64,000 bases of DNA from Beijerinckiaceae bacterium (GCA_947475995.1 CANJNI010000022.1:2018-66017); one strand, 5' to 3'; shown: positions 39,542 through 50,271, counted from the stretch's first letter. Notes: generated by a model not told the origin, from the letters alone. Numbers and translations: made by a program.

Positions 39542-39934
39542 GTGAAACATCTTCGGGCGCTTCTGGCAGCGGGCTTTCTGGCGGCGTCCGGCGGTGTCGC
39601 GCTGGCCGATCCGGCGATCACCGTCGCTCCCACAAGCATGCTGAGCGCGCCGAACCCCAAGTCGCGCGTCCTGCTGCACATTCCGGCCAATGCCGAAGTG
39701 GACGTCATCAGTTGCCAGCGGGCATGGTGCGAAGTGTCGTGGCGAAACCAGTTCGGCTATGCGCCGCAGAAGAATCTCGATATCGGGGCGATCCCCGAAG
39801 ACGGCATGAGCCGCCGCGCCTATCGGGGCCCGGTCTATGCGCCTCCACCGGTGTATGATTATCCGCCGCCTGCCGTTTATGGCGGCGGCATCTACATCGG
39901 CCCGCGCCCGCGCGTCTGGAGCTACGGCTGGTAG
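39542..39934 (+). CDS. Exported SH3b-domain protein with a Pro/Tyr-rich tail
   Basis: Signal peptide; IPANA.V.V..C...WC.V.W...GY; YAPPPVYDYPPP tail. Confidence 0.7.
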   Translation: MKHLRALLAAGFLAASGGVALADPAITVAPTSMLSAPNPKSRVLLHIPANAEVDVISCQRAWCEVSWRNQFGYAPQKNLDIGAIPEDGMSRRAYRGPVYAPPPVYDYPPPAVYGGGIYIGPRPRVWSYGW

Positions 39935-39995
39935 GTTTTCGCAGGCCCGCAAACCGCGCTAGTCTCCGGACAGATTCGAACGTCCGGAGAAAAAG

Positions 39996-40340
39996 ATGCA
40001 CGCGACGCCCGTCCTGATCGGCGCTCTGGCCCTGCTGGCTCTGGCCGGGTGCAATTCCTCCGCGCCTCCGCCGCCCGTGGCGAGCGCCCCGCAGCAAGCA
40101 GTCAACGGGGTCACGCCCTCAACCTTCCGGTTGCCCGGCGGCGCGGGATGCTCGGGCGACGTCGCCAACTGGCAGGCCATTCAGGACAACGACCTGCAGA
40201 CCGGCCATGTGACGCAGTCGGTCTATGACCAGATCAGGGGCGAGATCGCACAGGCCGCCGCTGCCTGTTCGGGCGGCCGCGATGCGGAAGCCCGCGCGAT
40301 GGTGCGCGCCAGCAAGGTTCGTCACGGTTATCCGGGGTAA
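39996..40340 (+). CDS. Predicted lipoprotein
   Basis: Lipobox LALAGC followed by a Pro-rich linker. Confidence 0.7.
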   Translation: MHATPVLIGALALLALAGCNSSAPPPPVASAPQQAVNGVTPSTFRLPGGAGCSGDVANWQAIQDNDLQTGHVTQSVYDQIRGEIAQAAAACSGGRDAEARAMVRASKVRHGYPG

Positions 40341-40361
40341 TCCCGGCGCCGCAACCTGAAT

Positions 40362-41108
40362 TCAGGTGCGACCGTCCGGCTTTCCGGCCTTATTCTTCAG
40401 CATGTATTCCATGAAGATCGCCATGAAGGCGGGCATCCGGTCCGCCTGCAGGTCTGCGGCGCTGCGGATGATGTGCATGCGCGAAAGTTCGGGCTGATCC
40501 TGCGTGGCAAGCCAATCCGAAATGCGCGCTTCCGCTGTCGCGGCGTCCATGTCGAGTTCGCAAATGCTCATGCAGGCGATCTGCGCGCCTCGGAAGATCA
40601 CGATGCTGCCGGGCGCGACCCGCACATCGGATGGCGCGAGGCCGGTCTCTTCCTCCATCTCGCGCAGCACGCTGCCCGGAAGATCGAGCCGGTCCGCCAC
40701 GACATCGTCGAGGTCCGGCGTGCCGGCGGGACTGTAGATCTGCCCCGCATTTGCCGTGTGCGGCCCCATCTCGCCGAGGAGAAACGTGCCGTCGGATGAG
40801 CGCAGCACCGCCATTGCGAAACAATTGGCGGCGCTCCTGTCCGGAAAGCCGAGCTGCTGGCTGACGAAGAGATTCTTGTAGCCGGTGACGAAGAACCGCG
40901 CGGCGAAAACGCGCTCGTGGCCGCGTTGCTCGACCGTTGCGTCATGCGCCAGCAGGATCGGCCCGTTGAACATTTTCGGCTTGAGGGCGACGGCCTCGTT
41001 CCAGCGCGCGTCGATCATCGCCGCATTGTCTTCCGCATAGGCCCAGCGCCACGGCTCCACGATGCAGTCGAGACGGTCCACATGTTCGATGCGGTGTGGC
41101 AGGCTCAT
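40362..41108 (-). CDS. NUDIX hydrolase
   Basis: REMEEETGL Nudix box; overlaps the phzF stop. Confidence 0.85.
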   Translation of the reverse strand: MSLPHRIEHVDRLDCIVEPWRWAYAEDNAAMIDARWNEAVALKPKMFNGPILLAHDATVEQRGHERVFAARFFVTGYKNLFVSQQLGFPDRSAANCFAMAVLRSSDGTFLLGEMGPHTANAGQIYSPAGTPDLDDVVADRLDLPGSVLREMEEETGLAPSDVRVAPGSIVIFRGAQIACMSICELDMDAATAEARISDWLATQDQPELSRMHIIRSAADLQADRMPAFMAIFMEYMLKNKAGKPDGRT

Positions 41109-42007
41109 GCGTCGATGGTTCCCTGTGCGACCATCACGGCTGCGCCGCCGATGGAGGCGTCGACCAACTGGCCGTCCTCCATGTCCAGGCCGAGCGTGAT
41201 GAGGCTCGGGCGGGCCATCTCGAATCCCTGCTCGATGACGAATGTATGGTTGCCGTCCGGCGGGTGGTCGAAATGCGCCACCACGCCCGCAAAGGCCGCG
41301 ACGGCCGAGCCGGTGGCAGGGTCTTCCATCACGCCGAGCGAGGGCGCGAACATGCGCGCGTGGAAGGCGCTGCCTTCATGCACTGTTTCGCGCGTGTAAA
41401 CGAACGCATTGGGATGATCGCCCGGTCCGATGGCCTTGTGCCAGTGCTCCATGAGAGGCCGCGCGCGCGCTGCCGCCTCCGCCGATTTCACAGGCACGAA
41501 CGTGAAGCCCAGCCCGGCCGACCAGACCATCGGGAAATGCCTGTCGCAGCCGATATCCTCCGGCTCAAGCCCGAGCGCTGCTGCAATCAGCACGTCATCG
41601 GCCGCCTGTGCGATTTCCACCGGCTCGGTGGGAAGCTGGAAATGGGCGCGCGCGGCGCGTCCTTTCGCCTGGCGCACCGTGCAGGCGACGTTTCCCACAT
41701 CCTCTTCCAGCACGACCGAGAGCGTCGGCATTCCGGGCGCATCCAGTTGCGCGATCAGCACCGCCGTCCCGATGGTCGGGTGACCCGCGAAGGGCAGTTC
41801 CCGCTGTGGCGTGAAGATGCGCACCCGCGCCGTATTGACCGGATCGCGAGGCGGCAGGACGAAGACGGTTTCGGACAGGTTGAACTCGCGCGCGACCGCC
41901 TGCATGCGCTCCGCCGACATGCCTTCTGCGCCGCGCACGACCGCCAGCGGGTTTCCGGCGAAAGGCGTCTCGGTGAAGACGTCGAGAATGTAGTAATTCC
42001 GCTTCAT
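41105..42007 (-). CDS. PhzF family isomerase
   Basis: [37 protein letters not shown]. Confidence 0.92.
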   Translation of the reverse strand: MKRNYYILDVFTETPFAGNPLAVVRGAEGMSAERMQAVAREFNLSETVFVLPPRDPVNTARVRIFTPQRELPFAGHPTIGTAVLIAQLDAPGMPTLSVVLEEDVGNVACTVRQAKGRAARAHFQLPTEPVEIAQAADDVLIAAALGLEPEDIGCDRHFPMVWSAGLGFTFVPVKSAEAAARARPLMEHWHKAIGPGDHPNAFVYTRETVHEGSAFHARMFAPSLGVMEDPATGSAVAAFAGVVAHFDHPPDGNHTFVIEQGFEMARPSLITLGLDMEDGQLVDASIGGAAVMVAQGTIDA

Positions 42008-42154
42008 GCGAATCTCCGGCGTCAGGATAGCCCGCGCGGCCGGACCGGCACAACCGCCCTTTAGCTGACGTTTTGACTTGGGCCTCGCTTTCCCTGTAGG
42101 CGAAGCAAAGGGCGGCGGCCATAATGCGCCCGCCACGAAGCCAGCAGGGAAGAG

Positions 42155-43135
42155 ATGCCCGTTCAGGTTCTGATGCCTGCCAGGATGCAGCAGTTCGCCA
42201 TCGACGAACTGGACGCGGCCTGCCACCTTCACAAGCTCTGGGAAGAGCCCGATCAGGAGACCGCGCTGGAGCGGCTCGCGCCTGACATCGAAGTGATGAT
42301 CGTCAGTGGCTGGGCGCGCAAGATCGACGCCGCCCTGATGAAGCGTTTTCCTAAGTTGCGCATGATAACCATCACGGGCGCAGGCTACGACAAGATCGAC
42401 GCGGTTTATGCGGGTGAGAACGGCATCGTGGTGACGAACGCCGCGCAGGCCCTGAGCGAAGACGTGGCCGACATGGCCATGGCCCTGTTCCTCAACGCGG
42501 TGCGTCAGATTCCGCAGGCCGAGCGTTTCATGCGCGACGGCAAATGGATCGCCGGCAATTATCCGCTCGCCTCCAGCCTGCGCGACCGCACGATGGGGAT
42601 CGTCGGTCTTGGCCGGATCGGCAAGGCCATCGCCCGCCGCGCAGAAGCCTTCGGGGTGAGGGTCGTCTATGCGGGCCGGACCCGGCAGGATGGCGTCGCC
42701 TATCCGTATTTCGCCAGCGTCGAGGACATGGCGAAGAAATGTGACACGCTGGTCATGGCGCTGCCCGGAGGGCCGGAGACCGATCGCCTCGCTAGCCGCA
42801 CAGCGCTTGAATCGCTTGGCCCGCAGGGCGTTTTCGTTAATATCTCGCGCGGCTCGGTAGTGGACGAAACAGCGCTGCTCGATCTTTTGCGGACGAAAAA
42901 GCTGCTCGCCGCCGGCCTCGATGTGTTCATGAACGAACCGAAGATCGACCCCGCCTTTTACGAACTCGACAATGTGGCGCTGTCGCCCCACTGGGCCGCC
43001 GGCACCCATGCGGCGCGCGGTATGGGCCAGCGCATCGCCTGCAACAACGTCCTGTCATGGATTGCCGGGAAAGGTCCGCTTGACCCGGTGCCCGAAACGC
43101 CCTGGCCGCAGACCGGACTGCGCGGGCGGGCCTGA
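42155..43135 (+). CDS. D-2-hydroxyacid dehydrogenase
   Basis: GLGRIG, NISRG, LDVFMNEP, SPH. Confidence 0.9.
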   Translation: MPVQVLMPARMQQFAIDELDAACHLHKLWEEPDQETALERLAPDIEVMIVSGWARKIDAALMKRFPKLRMITITGAGYDKIDAVYAGENGIVVTNAAQALSEDVADMAMALFLNAVRQIPQAERFMRDGKWIAGNYPLASSLRDRTMGIVGLGRIGKAIARRAEAFGVRVVYAGRTRQDGVAYPYFASVEDMAKKCDTLVMALPGGPETDRLASRTALESLGPQGVFVNISRGSVVDETALLDLLRTKKLLAAGLDVFMNEPKIDPAFYELDNVALSPHWAAGTHAARGMGQRIACNNVLSWIAGKGPLDPVPETPWPQTGLRGRA

Positions 43136-43167
43136 CGCCGCAAAACAAGACAACAGGGGAGGAAACC

Positions 43168-44190
43168 ATGAACCGCAAGACATTGACTGCGACGCTGGCG
43201 GCATCGCTGTTTGCGACGGCCTCCGTGGCGGCGACTCCCGAACTCATCGCGGCCGCCAAAAAGGAAGGTCAGGTCGTCTGGTACACGGTCCAGACCATTC
43301 CGCAGATCGTGCAGCCGCTCGTGACGGCTTTCGAGAAGACCTACGGGGTCAAGGTCAATTACGTCCGCGCCAACTCGTCCGAGGTGACGCTGCGCATCCT
43401 CAACGAGGCGAAGGCGGGGCGCAGCCTGTCGGATGTGTTCGACGGCACCGGCACGACACCGCCGCTGAAGCGCGAAAACCTCGTGATGAAATGGCTGCCG
43501 GACGAGACCGCAAGCTGGCCGAAGGAACTGGTCGATCCGGAAGGCTACTGGGTCGCCACCAATTTCTTCGTGAACACGGTGGGGATCAACACCGCACTGG
43601 TGCCGCCCGCGCAGGAACCCAAAAGCTGGGACGATCTGCTCGATTCGAAATGGAAGGGCAAGATGGTCTGGGGCTCGCAGACGTCGAGTTCAGCCGGCCC
43701 GGGATTCGTCGGCCTGACGCTCAAGGCGCGAGGCGAGAAGGACGGAATGGAATTCCTGCGCAAACTGTCGGGCCAGTCCATCGCCGCAATGCCGGTTGCG
43801 GCGCGGCAGGTGCTCGATCAGGTCATCGCAGGCGAATATCCGATAGGCCTGATGATCTTCAATCATCACGCCGTCATCAGCGCCCAGCAAGGCGCGCCGG
43901 TGAAATGGCTGCCGGTGAGCCCCGCCACCGTGACCCTGAACGTCGCGTCCGTGGCGCGCGATGCGCCGCATCCGAATGCGGCGAAACTCTTCCTCGACTA
44001 CATGATCTCCGCAGAAGGCCAGAAGATCTTCGCCGACAACGATTACCTTCCGGCCAATCCGAAAGTTTCGGCCAAGGACAAATCGCTGATCCCGGACGGT
44101 GTGACCATCAAGCGCATGGCCTTCACGCCCGAGGAAATTGAGGACAATATGCCCGCGTGGAACAAGACATTCCGCGAAATTTTCCGCTAA
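43168..44190 (+). CDS. ABC transporter substrate-binding protein (AfuA/FbpA-like structural class)
   Basis: Signal peptide, AAKKEG.VVWY, VIAGEYPIG, APHPNAAKLF. Confidence 0.85.
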   Translation: MNRKTLTATLAASLFATASVAATPELIAAAKKEGQVVWYTVQTIPQIVQPLVTAFEKTYGVKVNYVRANSSEVTLRILNEAKAGRSLSDVFDGTGTTPPLKRENLVMKWLPDETASWPKELVDPEGYWVATNFFVNTVGINTALVPPAQEPKSWDDLLDSKWKGKMVWGSQTSSSAGPGFVGLTLKARGEKDGMEFLRKLSGQSIAAMPVAARQVLDQVIAGEYPIGLMIFNHHAVISAQQGAPVKWLPVSPATVTLNVASVARDAPHPNAAKLFLDYMISAEGQKIFADNDYLPANPKVSAKDKSLIPDGVTIKRMAFTPEEIEDNMPAWNKTFREIFR

Positions 44191-44218
44191 CGCCAAGAGT
44201 TCAGGGGATACACAAGAC

Positions 44219-46315
44219 GTGAGCGACGCGCCCATTCAGTTCCGTTCGGTTGACAGCATCCTGCGGCCGAAGTCCATCGCCATCGTGGGCGCTTCGGAGC
44301 GAGGCCGCTGGCCGAGGGACATCTTCAATTCGCTTAAGTCGCAAGGCTATGCGGGAAATGTCTATCTGATCAACCCGCGTCAGGCCGAAGTCTATGGCGA
44401 AAGGGCTTATCCGTCGTTGCGCGATCTTCCCGAGGCGGTGGATCATGCGATCGTGATCATTCCGGCCGGGGGCATTCAGGACGTGCTGAGCGACGCGAAG
44501 GCGCGCGGCATGAAGTCGGCCACGATCTATGCAGGCGGCGTCGGCGATGGCGAGAATCCGGCATCGGTCGCGCGCGGCGCATGGGTGCGGGATTTTCTGA
44601 AGAACTCCACCATGCGGCTGGCGGGACCAAACTGCATGGGAGGCTTCTCGTTTCGCGAGAAGGTCTTCGCCTATCCCAATCAGGAGATCGCGAAACTCCC
44701 TGCGGGCCAGACGGGCGTCGTCTTCCAGTCGGGCGGCACGTTGCAATTCTTCCTGCGCAGCGGCGCGAACCGTGGACTGCGTTATTCCTATGCCATCTCG
44801 TCAGGCAACGAGATCGACTGTGATCTTTCAGACTACTTGAACTTTCTGGTCGATGATCCGCACACGAAGCAGATCGTCCTGTTCATCGAGGGCATTCGCA
44901 ATCCGGCGACGTTCATGCACGCGGCCGGCAGGGCGCTCGCGGCGGGCAAGCCGATCATGACGATCAAGACCGGCGCGACCGCGAAATCCGCTCACGCGGC
45001 CGCCTCGCACACAGGGGCCATCGCGGGCGATTATGCCGCCTACGAGGCCATGTGCGACCGCTTCGGCATCATCAACTGCAAGTCGCTTGACGATCTGATC
45101 GAGACCGCGCTTGCGTTCCAGACGCTGGTGAAGCCGAAGGGTCCGAAGATCGGGTTCGTCACCACATCGGGCGGCACGGTCGATCTGCTTTACGATTATG
45201 TAGAGTTTGAAAACGCATCGCTCGCGCAGTTCGGCGAGGAGACGAACGCCGCTTTGCGTCCCTACATGCAGGACGAAATCAATCCGAAGAACCCGCTCGA
45301 TGTGGGCATTCCGTCGACCATGAAGGCCGCCGCAGATATCTGCGAGATCGTCGGGCGCGATCCCGATGTCGATATTCTGGCATGGGCAAGCCAGTTGCCG
45401 GCGAAGAAGACCGCTTTGCCGGACTGGATGGTTGTGCGCGAAATGGCCGAGCGCCTTGGCAAGCCGGTGATCGGCTTCGGCCGCATGTCCTACCAGCTCA
45501 CGTCGGAGTCGCTCGAGATGCAGGAGGCTCTGGGCATTCCGTTCCTGCAGGAGTTGCAGCCGACGCTGCGCGCCATCAACGCCACATGGTTCCATGCGCA
45601 GCGCACCGGCAAGCTCCCCGTCGTGCCCTCGAAGGCTCCCGCCAGCGATCTGTCGCCTGAAAATCTCGACGCGACCTTGGCGCGCTACGGGATCGAGGGA
45701 CCGAAGAGCAAGGTTTGCGCGGACGCCGATTCAGCCGCCGCATTCGCGCAGCAGATTGGCTTTCCCGTCGTGGTGAAGATCCAGTCGCGCGACATTCTTC
45801 ACAAGACGGAAGCGGGCGGCGTCGTGCTCGATCTTCGCAACGTCGATGCGGTGAAAGCCGCCTGCGCAAATCTTGTCCAGTCCGCGAGGGCCGCTTATCC
45901 GGCCGCGCGGATCGACGGCTTCCTCGTTCAGGAAATGGTGTCGGGCGTCGAGGCGATTGTCGGCGCGCGGGCCGATGCGCTTTACGGCCCCATGCTGCTC
46001 ATCGGCTCCGGCGGCGTCTTCGTCGAACTTCTGGAAGATGTTGCGCTTGCCATGTTGCCGGTAGATGCAAAACGCATCGGCGAAATGGCGGACCGCCTCA
46101 AGCTCGCGCGGCTGCTCGCCGGCTACCGCGGCAAGCCTGCGGCGGACCGTGCGGCCTTCGAGGAAACCGTCGCATCGCTCGGTCAGTTCTTTCTCGACCA
46201 TCGCGCTAAGATCGGAGACATCGAAATCAATCCGCTCATGGTGCGTCCCGACGGAAAGGGCGTCGTGGCGGTGGACGTGCGGGTGATCTGGAAAGATCAG
46301 CAACCCGCGCATTGA
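44219..46315 (+). CDS. ADP-forming acyl-CoA ligase (acetate-CoA ligase family), copy 1
   Basis: IAIVGAS CoA-binding start, GPNCMG, QSGG, phospho-His in SHTG, ATP-grasp with HKTEAGGV and EINPL. Confidence 0.9.
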   Translation: MSDAPIQFRSVDSILRPKSIAIVGASERGRWPRDIFNSLKSQGYAGNVYLINPRQAEVYGERAYPSLRDLPEAVDHAIVIIPAGGIQDVLSDAKARGMKSATIYAGGVGDGENPASVARGAWVRDFLKNSTMRLAGPNCMGGFSFREKVFAYPNQEIAKLPAGQTGVVFQSGGTLQFFLRSGANRGLRYSYAISSGNEIDCDLSDYLNFLVDDPHTKQIVLFIEGIRNPATFMHAAGRALAAGKPIMTIKTGATAKSAHAAASHTGAIAGDYAAYEAMCDRFGIINCKSLDDLIETALAFQTLVKPKGPKIGFVTTSGGTVDLLYDYVEFENASLAQFGEETNAALRPYMQDEINPKNPLDVGIPSTMKAAADICEIVGRDPDVDILAWASQLPAKKTALPDWMVVREMAERLGKPVIGFGRMSYQLTSESLEMQEALGIPFLQELQPTLRAINATWFHAQRTGKLPVVPSKAPASDLSPENLDATLARYGIEGPKSKVCADADSAAAFAQQIGFPVVVKIQSRDILHKTEAGGVVLDLRNVDAVKAACANLVQSARAAYPAARIDGFLVQEMVSGVEAIVGARADALYGPMLLIGSGGVFVELLEDVALAMLPVDAKRIGEMADRLKLARLLAGYRGKPAADRAAFEETVASLGQFFLDHRAKIGDIEINPLMVRPDGKGVVAVDVRVIWKDQQPAH

Positions 46316-46322
46316 GGACCCA

Positions 46323-47495
46323 ATGACCACCATCGCCGCGACCGGACAGTTGCTGACGCACGGGCGTCTGGACCTTGCGTCGGCTAGGTCGCGGCGATTG
46401 CAGGCTTTCCTGAGCGAGGCCGATTGCACAATCGGCAATTTCGAAGGCACGGTCGAATCGCCCGGCGCATGGCCGACGAAAACCAAGACGCTGCATCTGG
46501 CGACGCCCGATGCGCTGAATTCAATCCGCGAGTTGGGTTTCGACGCCGTCACCCACGCTAATAATCATTCATTCGATCTAGGGCCGCCCGGAATTGCGAG
46601 CACGAAAGCGGCGGCGCTCGCGGCAGGCCTCGCTTTCGGCGGCAGCGGGATGACCATCGACGAAGCCGCTGCGCCCGCCATCGTGGAGCGCGCTCGCAAA
46701 CGCATTGCGACGCTGGCGTTCTGTCTCGGCCCACAGCCCGACATCGTTTATGCGTCGAGGGATCGCGCCGGCATTGCGCCGTTGCGGATGCGCCGCGCGG
46801 TCGCAATGCCCGATGCGGAATTCGAGGCGTTTCGCCGCGTTGCGAGCGGGTTGGGCGACGATCTGCGCGAGAAGAACCGCAGTCGCATGGGCTATCGGCA
46901 GGAAGCGCTGGCGGACGACCAGACCGAAGTCTTCGGCGCTGCCATCCGTCGTGGTTCTGCGATTGCGCCCGAATGGTCGGCGCACCCGGGCGATCTCGAT
47001 GCATTCAACTCGAAGCTGGCGCAGGCCTGCTCCGAGGCTGATCTGGTGGTGGTGGCGGTGCATTCGCACCATTGGGACCCGGACTGGTCGCGCACGCCGA
47101 AATGGCTACATCAACTCGCCTGCGGGTTGATCGACCGTGGCGCACACATGGTGGTCGGCACCGGTTCGCCCGTGGTGCAGCCGGTGGCGTTCCATCGCGG
47201 TCGCCCGATCCTTGGCGGACTTGGCAATCTGATCTTCCACACGGCCCGCAGCGGAACCTATGACCGCGAGGGCGTCAGCGTCTGGGACAGCATCGCGTGC
47301 CGCGCGCGGTTCAACGATGCAGGCGAGTGCGACGAACTCGCCATCATGCCGGTGGTGGTGGGCCGCCCGGACGCCGGCCCGAACGGATTGCCGGTCGGCC
47401 CGCAGGCGCACGAAGGAAGAGCGGCGGAAGACCTTTTCAAAAAAACAACCGCGACCCTCAGTGAAGAGGATCGCGGTCGCGTCAGGCTCGTCTGA
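46323..47495 (+). CDS. CapA/PGA_cap metallophosphatase-fold protein with degenerate metal motifs
   Basis: IGNFEG, HANNHSFDLG..G, VHSH, LGNLIF. Confidence 0.8.
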   Translation: MTTIAATGQLLTHGRLDLASARSRRLQAFLSEADCTIGNFEGTVESPGAWPTKTKTLHLATPDALNSIRELGFDAVTHANNHSFDLGPPGIASTKAAALAAGLAFGGSGMTIDEAAAPAIVERARKRIATLAFCLGPQPDIVYASRDRAGIAPLRMRRAVAMPDAEFEAFRRVASGLGDDLREKNRSRMGYRQEALADDQTEVFGAAIRRGSAIAPEWSAHPGDLDAFNSKLAQACSEADLVVVAVHSHHWDPDWSRTPKWLHQLACGLIDRGAHMVVGTGSPVVQPVAFHRGRPILGGLGNLIFHTARSGTYDREGVSVWDSIACRARFNDAGECDELAIMPVVVGRPDAGPNGLPVGPQAHEGRAAEDLFKKTTATLSEEDRGRVRLV

Positions 47496-49064
47496 TTATT
47501 TTGCGATTGAGGCGTCGACGGCCGTCGTGTCTTCGGCCTTCGAGGGCTTGTAGTTGATCGTCGCCTTGCCGGCCCAGTGCACCTTCTGCCAGTAGAGCGG
47601 CACGACCGGCACGTCCGCAAAGCCCATGCGGGTCGCTTCCTGGAACAGCGCGAGGCGCTTGTTCAGGTCGAACTCCGAGAAGCCTTCCTTCATCTTGGCG
47701 TCGAAGGCGGCATTGGTGTAGCGCAGGCGATTGAATGCGCCTGTGCCTTCCTTCGCGTCAAAGGTCATCAGCAGGTTCTTGAGGCCGGGGCCGCTCGTCG
47801 GCGTCGTATTGCCGAGCGAGAAGATGAAGACCGAGAACATCTGCTTCGTCGCATTGCCCGCATAGACGTTATAGGGCTGCGCGACGACTTCGTTCACCTT
47901 GATCCCGCCGCGCGCAAGCATCTGGCCGATGGCCTGCGCTGTGCCGGAATCGCCCGGGAAGCGGTCGTTTGACGTATGGATCGTCAGGCCGAACCCGTTT
48001 GGATAGCCGGCTTCCGCCATCAGCTTCTTGGCGCCGTCCGGATCGTAAGCCGGCACCTTGATCGAAGGATCGTGGCCCGCAACGCCCTCCGGCACCAACT
48101 GACCGGCCGCGAGGCCCGAGCCATTCAGAATACGGTCGATGATCAGGTCGCGATTGATCATTTTCGAGATCGCTTCGCGCACCTTGAGGTTCTTCAGCGG
48201 GTTCGGAACCAGCGGCTTGCCGTCCGTGGTGGTGATGAACGGGGCTTCATCGCGTACCGTGTCGAGCGCCAGATAGATCATGCGGGCGGAGGCGGTGGAA
48301 TAAACCTTGTAGCCCGCCATCTTGGCGATGCTCGCGGCGTCTTCCGGCGGCACGGCGTCGATCAGGTCCACGCTGTTTGAACGTAGCGCTGCGATGCGCG
48401 CGGCGTCGTTCGAGATGACGCGGATCGTGGCGTTCTCGAAGTCCGGCTTCTTGCCCCAGTAGTCGTTGTTGCGCGTCAGGACGACCCGGTCGCCCTTCGC
48501 CCAGGACTTGAACTTGTAGGGGCCGGTGCCGATGGCGGCCGCGCCGCTGTTGAAATCTTCGAGCTTCTTGCCTTCTGCGGCCTTCTTGGAAACGACGAAG
48601 ACCGAGCCGATCTGCTCGATGAAATCGGGCGTGGGGCCCTTTGTGGTGAACTCGATCGTCAGCGGATCGACGATCTTCATCTCCGCGATGGACGCCACAT
48701 TGCCCGTGAAGGGCGCGGGGCTGTTGGGAATGTTTCCGGCGCGCGAGAGCGAAAACACCACGTCGTCCGCCGTCAGCGGCGAACCGTCATGGAATTTCAC
48801 ATTGGCCCGGACCTTGATGAGCCATTTGTTCGGCGCGATGTTGGTCCAGGCCTCGGCGACTGCCGGATATTGCTGCAGGTTCTCGTCGATGCCGGCGATG
48901 CGGTCGAAAATCTGCATCGCGATGTTCTGGTTGTTGCCCGTGCGCGAGAAATGCGGGTCGATCGCCGATGTTTCGGTCGAACTGGCGATGGTGATGTCAA
49001 CCGCGAGAGCCGGGGTGATTCCCATCGCAAAAACCAGTGCGAGGGCAGGGCGGACGTAAGCCAT
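47496..49064 (-). CDS. ABC transporter substrate-binding protein, dipeptide/oligopeptide family 5
   Basis: IDPH, VKFHDGSPLTADDVVFS, IGTGPYKF, NDRFPGD. Confidence 0.9.
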   Translation of the reverse strand: MAYVRPALALVFAMGITPALAVDITIASSTETSAIDPHFSRTGNNQNIAMQIFDRIAGIDENLQQYPAVAEAWTNIAPNKWLIKVRANVKFHDGSPLTADDVVFSLSRAGNIPNSPAPFTGNVASIAEMKIVDPLTIEFTTKGPTPDFIEQIGSVFVVSKKAAEGKKLEDFNSGAAAIGTGPYKFKSWAKGDRVVLTRNNDYWGKKPDFENATIRVISNDAARIAALRSNSVDLIDAVPPEDAASIAKMAGYKVYSTASARMIYLALDTVRDEAPFITTTDGKPLVPNPLKNLKVREAISKMINRDLIIDRILNGSGLAAGQLVPEGVAGHDPSIKVPAYDPDGAKKLMAEAGYPNGFGLTIHTSNDRFPGDSGTAQAIGQMLARGGIKVNEVVAQPYNVYAGNATKQMFSVFIFSLGNTTPTSGPGLKNLLMTFDAKEGTGAFNRLRYTNAAFDAKMKEGFSEFDLNKRLALFQEATRMGFADVPVVPLYWQKVHWAGKATINYKPSKAEDTTAVDASIAK

Positions 49065-49396
49065 TTTGGCTCCTTGCGAAAAAAGACGACCGGATCGACC
49101 GTCCGGCGGCGGATGATTGTTCGGCGGTGAACAAATTGCAAGAAGCCGGGCAGCTATTTCGACTGCGCGGCTTGTTAACGCCTTCAGGGCGCCTGGCACA
49201 CGAAGGAAGCCGCGCTTTCCACGCCGCCGTCGCGGTATTTGGCGCATTTCCAGGTGTCGAATCGGCCAAACCCGATCCCGCCGCCGCAATGGGTCCCGCC
49301 CGGCGCGGCCACTTCTCCCTCGCGGCAGTGCGGCTGCCGGAAGTTGTTATACCATAGAATAATATTGTGCAGCCGCGCTTGCGCAAGGGGAGCGCG

Positions 49397-50131
49397 TCAG
49401 GCCGTCGCCAGCAGCATCCCGTGGCCCTGAATGGGCTTCCAGTCGTTCAGCTTGTGCATGACGCTCCAGACCATCGAGGGCTGGTTGGTGATGACGGGCT
49501 TTCGGAACTCTTCTTCGAGTTGGTCGGCCACATTGGTCACCAGCCAGCTGCCGCCGCCGATATAGACGGCATCGCAATCGGGGTTTTCCAGAAAGGCGCG
49601 CTTGCCGAGCTCATAGGCAAGCCGCGAATGGTCCTTGGCGGCGATCTTCTGGAAGTCTGACGGGGCGATTTCCTTGGTGACCTGACCGCAGACCGAAACG
49701 CCCTCGCGGCCGAGAAACTGCGCCAGCGTGGCGTTCATCGCGTCGGACCATTTGTTGACGCAGGCGACCTTTTTCAGCCCCATGTGGCGGCAAGCGCGCG
49801 CCACCGCATCGACGGTCGTGGCGGCGGGTTTGCCTGTGTAGGTCTGCATCCGGTCGAGCAAACGGTCGTGTCCGTCCAGACCCAGCACCAGCGGCAGCGG
49901 CACGCCGTTCTGCATGATGGCGTCGATGCCGCGCTCCATCAGCGAATCCATGTAGGATTCCAGCGGCGCGAAGATGCGGTCCATGTCGGCGGCTGAAAAC
50001 TCCTTGAGCCCCAGCGGGATCATCACCAGCATGTAATTCGATGGAAACAGATGGATCAGCTCATAGGCCGATACATCGATCACGTTCAGCGGCTGCAGGC
50101 TGCCGATGGAGAATTTTGGATCTTCGAGCAA
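49397..50131 (-). CDS. Asp/Glu/hydantoin racemase - maleate isomerase/arylmalonate decarboxylase family protein lacking the catalytic cysteines
   Basis: Family layout with PVIT.N..M.W at the end; probable TTG start after GGGAGG. Confidence 0.7.
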   Translation of the reverse strand: MLEDPKFSIGSLQPLNVIDVSAYELIHLFPSNYMLVMIPLGLKEFSAADMDRIFAPLESYMDSLMERGIDAIMQNGVPLPLVLGLDGHDRLLDRMQTYTGKPAATTVDAVARACRHMGLKKVACVNKWSDAMNATLAQFLGREGVSVCGQVTKEIAPSDFQKIAAKDHSRLAYELGKRAFLENPDCDAVYIGGGSWLVTNVADQLEEEFRKPVITNQPSMVWSVMHKLNDWKPIQGHGMLLATA

Positions 50132-50271
50132 ACGGACCTCCCGATTTTGGTTGATCGTAAACGCATGTCCAGCCTGCGGCAAAGTCGGCGCCGGAGGTCT
50201 TCTCCTGTGCGCCCGCAAGCACTAGATTGCCCCAGCGGGGCAGGAAGCCCGATTATTTGCGAGTCATTTGG

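Noticed and set aside
41105-42007. Phenazine biosynthesis
   Set aside because: Lone PhzF-family gene with no phzA-E/G; the PhzF-NUDIX pairing is common
46323-47495. Poly-gamma-glutamate capsule locus
   Set aside because: No capB/capC and degenerate metal motifs
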